A DNA stretch of 62,453 nucleotides, the filler included, from Choristocarpus tenellus KU-1152 (taxonomy: Eukaryota > Protista > Phaeophyceae), in NCBI GenBank assembly GCA_964200185.2. It is 10 parts of 10 records of this genome, joined end to end, with 100 filler letters (N's around TTAATTAATTAA, not from the genome) between each part and the next. Parts side by side here need not be neighbours in the genome. Positions count along the whole stretch, not along the records: positions 18,824 to 31,374 come from CAXNAD020001797.1; positions 31,475 to 34,246 come from CAXNAD020024882.1; positions 34,347 to 44,938 come from CAXNAD020002845.1; 7 more parts are not named here. One strand, given 5' to 3'. The first letter of the stretch is position 1; each line of letters opens with the position of its first letter. This document shows, in pieces, positions 27,801-40,400 of this stretch. A program made the translations under genes and the position numbers. Below the pieces are notes generated by a model. That model saw only the letters and a program-made list of their open reading frames with translations, had not been told where the DNA came from and did no database searches.

Positions 27801-30095
27801 GTAAATAATAATAACAATAATATTAATAATAATAATCATAACCAGTCCATCTATGATCAACAATTAAATAACAAAAACATGCTAATAGGAACACACCTGG
27901 ACCATGAGAGGTTGTGCAAAGAGGTCCTCCACTGCATGAATCTCTTCCCCCTCCTCCTTCCCCAACAAACCCCACAGCTCTCGTAGGTCTCTCCAGAGGT
28001 CAGCAATCTGCTTGTTGAGAGTCTTTTGATCTTCCCTTGCCTACAACAAATACAAATATTGCCCCAACAGTAACATCAGCAATATCAACAGTAACACCAA
28101 CAGTATCACCATAACGATACAATGTGAGACACCTTTTGCATAATCAAAATAACAAAAAATAATTCCCTAAATTCTTAAGGCACCAAGTACTTTAGAGGTA
28201 GATTCTGCTCAAAGATAAAATATACTACTAAAATAAGAAACTATCAGAGAAACTACTATCACACAAAAATGTTGCAGTTGACAGTGTAAGGTAAGTGTAC
28301 CCTTTATTGACATGTGTTCATCTCGATCACACTTTCCCTCCATACATAATGCCACACTACACCTTACTGGGCACGTTTCTATTATAAAATAGACATGGGA
28401 ATAGAATGGGGTCAATGATATGGTTAGAATTAGAGGTGAAGCAAGGGGTAGTATCTTCAGATGTGAGAAAATGTGAGCATTAAACCAATGTGTGTGTTAA
28501 ACAACTATGAAAATAATAAAAAAAACACCCCTCCCACAAGGTAATAAGAAAAAAAGTAGGATACACATTACAATCCGTTGTCACAATCTCGAAAAATTCT
28601 ATCACTTTAATGACATTTTCTGGCTGAAAAATACTATAAGAGTACAATACTGCACTCAATAACTTACAGAACATTCCGAATACATAAACTGAACATACTA
28701 TCTTTCCAATCAAGTAAGACCACACCCCAAACGATCCCAAGGACTGCCGAGAAGAAGCCCTTTCCTACCCTTTCCTACTCTTTCCTACCCTTTCCTACCC
28801 TTTCCAACCCCACCTTTTCAAGCTGCTCTTCAGCTTCCCGGGAGATGCCGGTTGCCACCCTCCTCATCAAATCCTTGCGATCATCAGGACCCACACCAAG
28901 CTCTACCCACAGACCCTGTGTGAGGTCAAAAGACTTGATTAACTCAATTTTATCACCATATTAGAAAAAAAATAACAGATTTGTTACAATTTAATGATTA
29001 CCTGTTCTTTGTCTTCATGCAACATAATTCAAGAAGTGGGTTGGGATTAGTGTTAGGGCACAGTTTGGAAGGCGCCTGTTTCATATGTTGTATAGATTAC
29101 AGGAGGTACCACTGTTGGCATACACCATAGGAAGGCTTTGCTCGCAGGGCAACCCAACTCAGCTGTTACATTGATTGTATAGTCCTCTTTAGCACTACTC
29201 CTCCCTTACCCTTGACAAGATGAGCAAAATGTCAGTACTTATCAAATAACATACAAAAAATAAAAACATTAACCCTACAACGTATGTCAAGATATTCAAA
29301 CAACCCTTCAACCACAACCGCCGCTCAACCCTAACCCTAAGTACAAATCATGTGATACCGATACTATTATCAAAAACATGATCACATTCTAACTCTTCAT
29401 AACTTAGTACTTGGTACCCACTGCTGTCTCTCATCCCCCTCATCATACAAAATTAAAGTCAAAACTGTAGACTTGAGCCCTCATGTCCAAAAAGCATCAA
29501 ATCTCTCACCACTGCCAACTATGCATCACAAAATGCTCCAACCCCCCTACCAAAAAATTGCTGATCTCCCTATCACCTCTCCTCCTCTTCCCTTTCATAC
29601 CAAAGACAAATAGAGCCAGTACAGTACAAATGGACACACTGCAGTACCTCCAAGATAGAGACAGTCTCCTTCAACCCCTCCTCTGTTGTGCCTGATGCTG
29701 CCCTTTCTGCTGCGAATAGAGTAGCTTCTAGCCGCTGACGCTCTGACCGTTCTCTTTGTAGTTCCTGTGTCAATGACTTCACTCGGTACAGTGCCTATGT
29801 GTCCTCAGCACATAACAAGGTTCAAGTCAAGGTACAAGAAAAGGTACAAGTCAAGGTATAAGACAAGGTACAAGTCAAGGTATAAAGACAAGATACAAGT
29901 CAAGGTACAAGACAAGGTATAAGACAAGGTACAACCATAATATGAAGATATTTATATCATAACATACACACCACCACTATTGCAAAGACAACAAAAAGGA
30001 TTAACAGGCACGCACGTACAATAAATAAATAATAATAAACAGTTACAGACAACCAAGGTGGTTCAGAGGCGGAGAATCCTGTACTTGAGAGAGAT

Positions 30096-30129
<34 letters not shown>

Positions 30130-30885
30130 TGGTACTACTATGATACAGATAGGACCAGAAGCAGCTCATGAAACAAGTGCAAACTATGTATTTTTTATTA
30201 TTTTCGAACTTGACAAAAAAAGAGAGAAAAATCAAAAAACATTATCTTGAAGAATATCACATAAATACTATCAATACATTAATATCATAATAACATTATT
30301 AGATGTAATGGCAATGTAATTTGGCAGTGTAGGTAAGCAAATATCACCATACATAACCCTAGTATACAAAACTAATAGCAATTAACTACCACAACGCCAT
30401 GTACAAAAATAAGGTACACCTCTATACCTTTCTGCCCCACATCATTGTACCACACCTGTTCAACCTGCAGAGCACACCAAGTAGGGTTTGCAGAACATTG
30501 CATGGCATGTCTACTATGCCATATTTGTAAAACTAACCCCCTATATATATTTGAACTTCAAGCCTGTCTGTATACCCAGTTACGATCAATTCAAGTCAAG
30601 TCAATTCAAGTCAAGTCAACATGTACCTCAACAAAACAAAACAGAATACGCCCACTTGTAAGTACATGTTGACTTCTTTCCTGTGGACCAAAAGACCAAG
30701 TACACCAACAGAGGTGTTATGGAGCTATCTTCACCTTATCCTGCTCTCGACGCTCTTCCCCATCACCATAGTCTTCACTATCCAACCTCATGCCGGACAA
30801 CCTCTGTTTCTGATTACCAATAACAATCTCTGCATGCTGCCCACTCAGGCGACGGTTTGCGGCTGCCTCCGAGGCATCCCTCGAA
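18824..30885 (-). CDS. Multi-exon coiled-coil protein with a MAP65/Ase1/PRC1-like region (internal part of the gene)
   Basis: Phase-consistent AG/GT exons 30735-30885, 30428-30464, 30047-30078, 29648-29794, 28814-28915, 27897-28040, 27003-27161, 25843-26085, 24376-24468; further likely exons 21236-21328, ~20402-20641 and 18824-~19117. ILEGLWVELGVGPDDRKDLMRRV...QKTLNKQIADLWRDLRELWGLLG and VGRDLLKRFERVVRQLRSMKAETL resemble MAP65/Ase1 helical repeats. Gene presence is firm; the family call is moderate. Confidence 0.65.
19700..20310 (-). mobile_element. Very degraded LINE (RTE-like) RT fragment in an intron
   Basis: Minus-strand traces in RT order (C.FMEL..., G..QG-like, F*GIDAGEVT similar to LYADDAGIVS); heavily mutated. 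Confidence 0.3.
26403..26558. mobile_element. ~155-bp fold-back/MITE-like element with telomeric repeats in both arms
   Basis: Left ACCGGACTGGGCCTGTGG...(CCCTAA)3; right (TTAGGG)2...CCTACAGCCCAGTCCAGT, whose reverse complement is ACTGGACTGGGCTGTAGG. Confidence 0.6.
28758..28806. repeat. 10-bp tandem repeat (CCCTTTCCTA)n
   Basis: About 5 units adjacent to an exon donor. Confidence 0.9.
29816..29935. repeat. 12-bp tandem repeat (CAAGGTAYAAGW)n immediately upstream of a minus-strand acceptor
   Basis: About 10 units seen directly. Confidence 0.9.
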
Positions 30886-31474
30886 CTGCAAAGAGAGGAA
30901 GAGAAAATGTCTGAATGAAAGAAAACTACTCAGAAAAAAAGAACAAAAAAAATGAAGTGTTAAACAAATGGTGTTGAGTGCCAATCCCTTTGTTTAGAGT
31001 GGTGGGATTACTGAGTGTATAGAGAAGGGGGTTGTAGTAGAGAGACCAAGTGAAAGCACCACATACATACAACTACAAACAATGAGTACAATCTCTCAAG
31101 TGACAAAACTGGTGCATACACATATACTCCTACATACTTTCACAGTTACATCTAATAACAAATTAATCCTTGGAGTGGTAAATACTTTTTAGTCTTTTGC
31201 TAGCTAACACCTCCACAACATACCACAAAATCAATTCTTACCGCTATCAATGTCTTTTAAAGCTTCCAAAGTCCTGTTTGTAATAACACCCCCCCCCCCC
31301 CCCCCCCTTCCCCTCCCTCTCCCCCCCCCTCTCTTTGTCTTTCCCTTTTTTTTTTTCTTCTTCCCTCTTTTTTCNNNNNNNNNNNNNNNNNNNNNNNNNN
31401 NNNNNNNNNNNNNNNNNNTTAATTAATTAANNNNNNNNNNNNNNNNNNNNNNNNNNNNNNNNNNNNNNNNNNNN

Positions 31475-31878
31475 TCTGATGACCAACCAGGGCGAACCCC
31501 TTTCGCCCCTGATTTCCAGTCACCCCCACATCTGATGACCAACCAGGGCGAACCCCCTTCGCCCCTGATTTCCAGTCACCCCCACATCTGATGACCAACC
31601 AACCCTTCGCCCCTGATTTCCAGTCACCCCCCCTATCCGGTGACCAACCAATGCGACCCCTTTCGCCATTGATTTCCGGTCTCTACCACCCCTTTTAACC
31701 CTATTCAACCCTACTCAACCCCACACCAGTTACCACTGTACTTACCACTCCACCACACCATTCAACACCGCTTAACACCACTCCACAATAATCCAAGAAC
31801 CCCCCTTCATCATCCCCTTTATACCATGCCTTTGAGCTAGAAGACATCTACCTCGCCCGAACTTGATCTTCCCTCCCA
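31475..31878 (-). repeat. Dispersed repeat containing a ~54-bp palindromic minisatellite; second copy at 54651-55125
   Basis: Units TCTGATGACCAACCAGGGCGAACCCCCTTCGCCCCTGATTTCCAGTCACCCCCACA followed by a ~190-bp unique segment; the reverse complement aligns to 54651-55125. Confidence 0.9.
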
Positions 31879-32329
31879 CCCTAAGATCCAAGTCGGTCGT
31901 GAGCAAGCGAAAGGGCAGGTGGGCAGGAAAGCTTGCTCAGGGATCCTCTTGATCTAGCCCGCCTCATCTTGTCCCCCAGCCTCAGGTTTTCTCATTCGAT
32001 TCAATACTGTTCATTCGTTCTCCCCTTATGCCTCCGTCTGCCACCTATTTTCTTAACCACTCAATCTCTAACTCTTCGTTCCCTACTTGATACTTTTATT
32101 TCTTTACTGTCTCCATCCTTGCCTTGTGCCCCCAACCAACCAGAATTCTTCCGCTCACAAAACCCAGATTACTTCTTAATAAGCCTTCCCATTACTACTT
32201 TAAATATAAGTTATTCCAGTATATCAAAATAGTTTGTGGTCTGGTGACTACTACTACTGTTCGTGGTGACATGATTCCAAAATAGAAAATAGGGGCACCT
32301 ATAGTACAAGAAACGACGTCTAGAGGATT

Positions 32330-34220
32330 AGGGATATTAGTACTCTGGTATAACCTACATATTTGAGAAAAATAGTTCATACCAAAGTACCAACTTCTAA
32401 CAGTGGACTGAACACCACCACATTCTCTAATGTTATATACTCATAGTAGCGGATCACTTCCTCAAGGATGATATCCTCTTATCACCTTTGGTTTGGATGA
32501 TCGATCCATTCTCTTAGACAGAAAGCGTTCTACCACCACAACGACTTGCAACACCTTGAGGGAAGCCTCTAGGTGGGATCACGGTAGCCCATCACAACAG
32601 TGGAGGCCAAGACAGGTGTTTCCAGAAATCGCTGTAAGAATTTGAGTATTTTCACAGCAGGTGCTAGGTCTTTCCACAAACATGCAGTTGTTATTTTCAG
32701 TCCTTATAGTAGTTGGGTTTCAGGGTTTTATGCCGAGATCTGCCACAAACGTGTCCGGAACATCCTGTGGGGCACCAACGAAGCTCCCTTGTACCCCACA
32801 TCCATGCACGTAGGTTTCACAAAGAATGGGACGAAGTAAAGGCCAACGAAGCCAATGTCCTTGGAGAGGAAGGCGGACAAGTGTGAAGTAGTTTGTGGCG
32901 TCAGCGAAACTTCTTCGTACTCCATCTCCATGCATGTATGCCTCACGTAGAATGGGAGGAAGTAAACCTCGACAAGGTTGCCATCCCTGAAACGGAAGAG
33001 GGTGAGTGAAGGTCTTTGCAACGAGCTATGGACCTAATTCAGTTGTACTTCTACAGTTGGCCCATATTCTCGAAGGGTAGGCAAAAACAACAAGAACTAA
33101 ATTTATTTGAGGAATGGCTAGGGCTTTATAGCTCTCTTCCTGTACATCCGACTATAATACAATTATTTTCACTTCAATCCTTGAGTGGCGTACCTGAGTC
33201 CGACCATTCCTTCAGATAGGGTAACTTTGATGGGTAGCTCTGGAGTAGTAGCTCCGAGTATAGTCCACCACAAGCGTATGGCGTCCTGACTACATACAGC
33301 ACCAAAGAAAGAACGTCCAAGTAAGAAAAAGGTTTCTGTTCGTGCCTCCTACTGTCCGCTGTTCACAGCAGAAGTAGAGACTGAGCAAGTATCCCACACA
33401 ACATACGACCAGTGAAACATGGAATGCAGCCAAGCCTTACTACCTCACTTCTCCAGCAAAAGTAAAAAATGTATCACCATACAGGTGCACGTAGGTGAGC
33501 AGGTGAATGTAGGTTTGGTCCACTCTGACTAGGAGGCAAGCAGCACAGATAGGTTATAATTTGCACCATCAAATAGAGAAAACGCTTAAAAAAATGTTAC
33601 ATGATTTGGCCAGGTAATAGACAATCTTGTAGTTTATTCTGAGTACTAATTATGAAAGTATGTGTGTATGTGTGTGCTCTTGTAGTCGGCAGGACATAGA
33701 AGTTTATGTTGTGGGGCATGCCAACATCGGAGGAGAAAGTAGGGACCGTTCCTACTGCATCGATTCTCCAGACCGCCTGCATGCCACTGGTGATATAAAA
33801 GCTGCCTCAAAAAATTACGTTGATAAGTGCTGGTATTTTACATAAAACTATTACTATCCCGTGTGAGAATCGTATTTGACCCATGAGCTTATAGTATGAT
33901 ATTTTACGTCCACAATAAGTATTTTACATCTGCCTGGGATAAATCCTATAATTTCGTAAATACTCCATTCCCTAGGCCATCTTCAGCGCCTTTGCGCATC
34001 ATGTCAATTATCTCTCTCTATGGCCAATCATAGCCATTCGTTGGGTGGCATGCAAGGGCAGAAAATCGACACAGCAGCTGATGCACGTCAGGTTGTGTGG
34101 TTGGCTGAGTACTTCACAGACAACTTGTATTCCAAGGAAGTTGTGATAGCTTTGTCAGTCTGTCATACCAAAGTAGTTCATATCCATCCAGATTGGTATT
34201 GTAAACTATTCAGGTAGTGC
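32330..34220 (-). mobile_element. Decayed Ty1/Copia LTR retrotransposon (integrase followed by RT)
   Basis: Minus strand: integrase-like QTDK...SLEY...CHPTNG...IIDMMRKGAEDGL...YKLMG (34200-33860), then RT-like QEESYKAL, LVAKTFTH (RLVAKGFTQ), DGNLVEVYFLP, LSAFLSKDIGF...PFF...TYVHG (YVDD) and DLG...GLKIT...FLQRF (33170-32620). INT-before-RT order is Copia. Confidence 0.65.
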
Positions 34221-34222
34221 TT

Positions 34223-34246
34223 GACCCAAAGTATCTGGGAGGGGGG
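34223..34246 (+). mobile_element. Terminus of an AAAGTATCT-family MITE at the contig end (similar partial termini at 45039-45061 and 59302-59348)
   Basis: GACCCAAAGTATCTGGGAGGGGGG running into the gap. Confidence 0.7.
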
Positions 34247-34405
34247 NNNNNNNNNNNNNNNNNNNNNNNNNNNNNNNNNNNNNNNNNNNNTTAATTAATT
34301 AANNNNNNNNNNNNNNNNNNNNNNNNNNNNNNNNNNNNNNNNNNNNTTTCTTCCCTTTTTTCCCTTCCTTTCCCCTTTCCCCCCCCCCCCCCCCCCCCCC
34401 CCCAG

Positions 34406-37400
34406 GGTATTCTCCATCGGGCCTTTCCTTATGCCAACCTCTCAGACCTCAGCTTCCTGGATGTACCTGGCTTTGTGGCAGGGGTAACTAATCCCATGTT
34501 TGAGTCGAGGGTAGAGTGGTGGGACTTGCTATGTCAGTTGGATCTTCACAATGGGACTGGAACTGTGGCTTTCTCTGATGAGAAGAGCTCTTCTGATTCA
34601 ATAAGGTTGGAGGGTTAGGGTTAGGGTTAGGGAGGAGAGAATGTTGGTTGCTTAGGGTTAGGGTTAGGGTTAGTTAGGTTGCTTGTGAGAAGTTTCGCTT
34701 GGAATTTTTCTTATTAATATATGTTTTTATTGTGTATTTTTATTAATGTTTATTTTATTGTGTATATTGTGCTTGAGTGTGCATTTTTCATGTTGGTATT
34801 GGTTTTGTGTGTTTTTTAGTGCTTGTGGGGGGGGAGATTGGGGATGGAGGAAATTTCGTAGCTTTTAGGGTTAGGGTTAATGTCAAGTGATGTTTGTTTT
34901 GTTTTTTGATTTAACTCTTTTTTATTTTACTTATCTATAGAACAGTATGCTATTAATGGTATTGTTGTTAATGGTAGTGTTATTAATATTTTTGTTACTA
35001 TTGGTATTGTTAATGCTAGTGTTATTATAAGTATTGTTAATGTTAGTGTTAATGGTAGTACTATTAATAGTATTGTTATTCTTAGTGTTGTTAATGCTAG
35101 TGTTATTATTAGTATTGTTGATAGTATTGGTATTGATATAAGTGTTGTTAATGGTGGTACTATTAATTGCATTATTAATAGTATTGTCGATAGCATTGGT
35201 ATTAATATAAGTATTGTTAATGGTAGTGCTATTAATAGTATTATTAATAATACTGTTGATAGCATTGGTATTAATATAAGTGTTGTTAATGGTAGTGCTA
35301 TTAATATAAGTGTTGTTAATGGTAGTACTATTAATAGTATTGTTGATAGCATTGGTATTAATATCAGTGTTGTTAATGGTAGTACTATTAATAGTATTAT
35401 TAATAGTATTGTTGATAGCATTGGTATTAATATAAGTGTTGTTAATGGTAGTACTATTAATAGTATTGTTGATAGCATTGGTATTAATATAAGTATTGTT
35501 AATGGTTGTACTATTAATAGTATTATTAATAGTATTGTTGATAGCATTGATATTAATATAAGTGTTGTTAATGGTAGTGCTATTAATAGTATTATTAATA
35601 GTATTGTTGATAGCATTGGTATTAATATAAGTGTTGTTAATGGTAGTACTATTAATAGTATTGTTGATAGCATTGGTATTAATATCAGTGTTGTTAGTGG
35701 TAGTACTATTGATAGTATTATTAATAGTATTATTAATGGTACTGTACCGATTTTTGTTCGAATTTGCACCATATCACAGGTACAGATGAAATTTTTTGAA
35801 CTAAAGAGTTTAAAAATGTTTGTCCACTGCCTCCTTGCAAGGAATTCGAAACTGACATATCTAACGGATACTACATCTTTGCTGTTTCAGAGTTAGACCT
35901 TTTCTTACACATTGTCTACACATTTTCATATACATTCTGGAAGCATCCCTTGCCCTGTGGTTGCCTCAGTGGGCAAATTGAAAGTGGTTTATTGTTCTTT
36001 TTGGTTCTTGTTGTTATTCCATACATTCGCAAGAACTGAAAATGAGAATACCTAGCACAGAAGGGACTGTAAAGAATTTTATTGGTCTTTTTTGTGGGGG
36101 GGGATTGTACAGTGATAATCTGTTCTAATTTTTGTATCGAGGTTATTGCAGGTAAACCACTTGAAGTGAGTCATTATGTGGGGGGCAGGAAGGAAGGTGT
36201 TTCCTTATGAGGATGTACACAAGTATATCGCAATATTTTATTTATATTAATTGGTATGAAAGCGCCTTCCAATATATATTAAAAAAAAAGATTTGAGCCA
36301 ATTTGAAGTAACACAGGATGTTGAGTAGAGAACGGCAACCAACACACAAGCAGAGCTGTGAGCAACAAATCAATTATGTTGTGAGCTAACCTACCTTAGA
36401 GAGGGATATCATGGGTTATTTGGGGTCCTTTTGACTCCCTCCTGGAAGATATGCTTCTATCTATCACCATCTATCAATCACTACCCATCTATCGCTCTGT
36501 TTCTATCACTATCTACCTACCTATGTATCATGATCTATCAATATCAATCTATCATGATCTATCAATAATCAGTATCTATCACTCTGGAGGGAATAGGACG
36601 AACCCTAAGGTTTAATACTTAATAGACCCTCAATACCTAAAATGAACTCATTCACCCCTCTCGATAATAGGATGTCTCTGTCTTTACGTTCTGGATTGGT
36701 GTTGTGTTTTGTTCAGGGTTAGGGTTAGGTGATTGAATCTATTCTCATTTCTTTTTTGTGGGATCTTTAATAAATAGAAAAATATTTGGTACTTGAAGAA
36801 AATCATTTTGAAGTCCTCATAGCTCAACACTACGGTTAAACTACTCACACTGTATTATTAATATTAATATTAATATTAATAGTAGTACTGTTATTATTAT
36901 TATTAGTAGTAGTAGTAGCAGTATTTTGGTTGTTATTCCTGTAGGGAAGACTAGTCTACTCTCTATTGATGACCCCTCATCCCTGCCCCCTGCACATGCT
37001 GAAGCAACTTATGTATCAGATTATGTGAGTATGTGATAGATTATACAGTGCGTTCTGTATTTACTTTTTAACATTTGTACTAGGTAGAGAGAGAGAAAAA
37101 ACATGAATATTAACAATATAAATAATAATAATATTCTTGTCTGTGGGGATTGGCAGGTTACGCAGCATTGTGGGTGGTGGAAGTAGCAGTGCTGGAGGTG
37201 GGAATAGCATTGGCTCTGGGGCAGGGTTAGGTGGCTCTGGAGCAATCAGAGGTGGGACTGGGGGGGGAGGGAGTGGCGGAGGCAGCGGAGGTGGCAGTGG
37301 GGGTGGAGGAGGGGGAGGAGGTGGGGACGAGGAACGAGACTCTCTTGATGGTGTTGGTGTTGGTGATGGTGATGGATTGTTTGTGACCACCATATTATCA

Positions 37401-40400
37401 GGGGTGAAGGGGGGAAGGAACGAGGCATGGGTTAGGAACATGTGTAGCAGTTACACACAAGGACTTGTTGATCTCGCTTTGGATCAGGTGAACAAGAGTT
37501 ACATTGTTGTATTTTGTATGTATATGTGTATGTATGTATGTATATATATATGTATGTATATATGTGTGTATGTGTGTGTATGATTCAAGGTATTTTGTGG
37601 ATGGGGGTGGCATTGGGTTTAGGGTTAGGGATAGGTTTTGTTATTGATTGTTCTGTCTTTTCACAGTAGGATAGTGTTTTAATACTTTTCTTGTAAGGTT
37701 TAAAATTTGTACTGCTTTTTTTCTCCATATTTTATGTGAAATGAACATGTTGTATTGAATTTACAGGCGATGAACATGATTGTATTGAATATACAGGTGA
37801 TGAACATGAAGGTATTGAATGTACAGGCAGGCAATTAGGTTGCTGAAGTTGAGGAAGTCTTTGAAATACAATGACAGGCATAAGATACAAGTCTGCACAT
37901 GTACTCATAACAAACCCTTTGCCCACGTTGATGGTTGCTTTCATGGTCATTGCTTACATGTTCATTGCTTACATGTTCATTGCTTACATGTTCATTGCTT
38001 TCATGGTCATTGCTTACATGTTCATTGCTTTCATGGTCATTGCTTACATGTTCATTGCTTTCATGGTCATTGCTTACATGGTCATTACTTACATGGTCAT
38101 TGCTTACATGTTCATTGCTTTCATGGTCATTGCTTACATGTTCATTGCTTTCATGGTCATTGCTTACATGTTCATTGCTTTCATGGTCATTGCTTACATG
38201 GTCATTGCTTTCATGGTCATTGCTTACATGTTCATTGCTTTCATGGTCATTGCTTACATGTTCATTGCTTTCATGGTCATTGCTTACATGGTCATTGCTT
38301 TCATGGTCATTGCTTACATGGTCATTGCTTACATGTTCATTGCTTTCATGGTCATTGCTTACATGTTCATTACTTATATTGACTCGAGATTGGCACAGGT
38401 GACTGGTTTGATATCAAAGCTTCAGTATGCTGATGGGTTGGGGAAGGTGAGAACTTGTGATAGTTTGGTAGTTTGTGATGCTGTCAACATCAAACTGGAG
38501 GTGTGCATTCTGTTGTTTAGTAGGGGAAGGTGTTTTTGTTGTATTGGTGTCAGAAAACTCATTGGGCTTTGTGTTGAGTATTGAGTTTGGATGTACTTGT
38601 GGGGAATATCATTTTTTTGTGTTCATATTATGTAGGATGGCGTGTGTAGCAATCAAATATTTGTAGCTGTTGAGAGCTGTTTCAAACCTTTAATTCTGTG
38701 TTATTCAACACTATGTTAACACTAGCTTATCTTATTATTATTAACACTATCTTAGGCCCATAATAGTCAAGACAATTACATAGGTAACATATCTATGTAT
38801 GCTAACCCTAAGTTTAAATCAGTTTGTGTATGACAAGCACTGTGTGTTGTGGTAGTCCAATCAATAGATATTATAGACGTTATAGATATTATAGATAATG
38901 TATGATACACCTTGTTATGCTTTATTCTGTATCAGACATGATATATGCCATCTCTGTGACATGTAGCATATTATTGTTATAATTTATTTTTACTATATAT
39001 TTTTATATCAATGTGAAGGTTTGTTTTTGCAATGCAATGTTGTACCAGGTGTAAGCTAGTTGGTGTTTAGTCCTTTTGTAGTATGTTATAAGATTAATGA
39101 TAAGATTTAATAATAAGATTAATGATAAGGTAGTGCTCTCTTCTGCCTTTCATGCATTTTTTTATTTTGACAAAATTAAGGATAAAATTAATTATAAGAG
39201 TGTCTAGCACAGTAACCCTTTGAAACTGGCACCTCTGATCTGACGTGAAGTTGAAGGTAGTGGTGTTTTTTGGTTTATTTTGTTTTTGTCCATTTTTTGA
39301 ATCACATTATTTATCTTGGATTTATCTTAGATTTATCTTGGCACAGAGCAAGCTCTGTACTAATGGTTTGTATTAGTGATAATTTGTTTTGTCACAATAA
39401 TGATAGTAATATGTAGTATATGGCATTTTATGGTGTAGAGACCAAAACATTCTTTAAAGCACAGTGAAAATTTTGAAATAGATAAAAACATTAGTACAAT
39501 TGTACTCTTAATCTACTGTTACATAGTGTGATGCTGATAGTTGATTTTTATCAACAAAATACGTTAATCAATGATCGCAATGTAAATTATGTTTCCCCCT
39601 TCTCCCTCTCAACAACAAATATAGCTTATACCTACATAATATGCACCAACACTTAAGTAGCACATGGTTATACCTACATATGCACTGACATCTAAGTAAC
39701 ACATAGTTGTACCTACATAGTATACACATAAATTTCTGTAGTTTGTTTCACTCAAAATGGATAAATTGGTTGTGTTCGATGGTGGTGTTGATGAAAAACT
39801 CTTGAATTAACCTTCTAGCTAGTCGCATTAGCCTTCAGTTTGATGTCAATTTCTTTATGTACATACAGTTTGGTTTCTTTTTTTTTTTAGAAATGCTATT
39901 TTATTCAACTGTTACATTCCTAAATAACACTACTTAGCACATTCTATGGCATGAAATACATACATCATATATATATATATGTATATATCACATGCAGTCT
40001 TTTGAAGCAAATAAGGGGCGACTCAGGAGAATCAAGCAAAGTGCAGGCCTAACACTTACTGATGCAGACCCGTGGAGCCGGTGTGGACCAGAGGTCAGAG
40101 GGGGGTGGGGGGAGGGGGAAGGGGTGCAGTTGAGGCATAACATCCGAAGACTGGAGCTGGAAGCCAACGTAAACGGATATCAGACACGAGAGGTGAGGGT
40201 TTGGTATATCTATGGTCAGGCTTGTTTTGTGAGTTGTGTTTTATTTTGGGGTATTCATGTGGGGTATATGGTGGACGTGATTTCTTCGCCCTTGGTTATA
40301 TAGGGTTAGGGACAGGTGATTATGTTACTGTGTTACTACAGTATTGAAGAGTTTGCTGATTTGATTTTGTAGGTCAGTTGTAGGTTTGTTCAGAAGGTGG

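Noticed and set aside
34927-35772. 281-aa hydrophobic ORF resembling a membrane protein
   Set aside because: Translation of an AT-rich minisatellite lying antisense in a mesA intron.
36945-37012. Extra mesA exon after TGTAG
   Set aside because: Exons 34406-34605 and 37157-37487 already join in phase, and this segment shows no family similarity; cannot be supported without transcripts.
37819-38584. His/Cys-rich ORF (HGHCLHVHCF repeats) and overlapping ORFs suggesting a metal-binding protein
   Set aside because: All three frames are open only because the 15-bp repeat lacks stops; it is intronic, and only 38399-38446 is a plausible exon.
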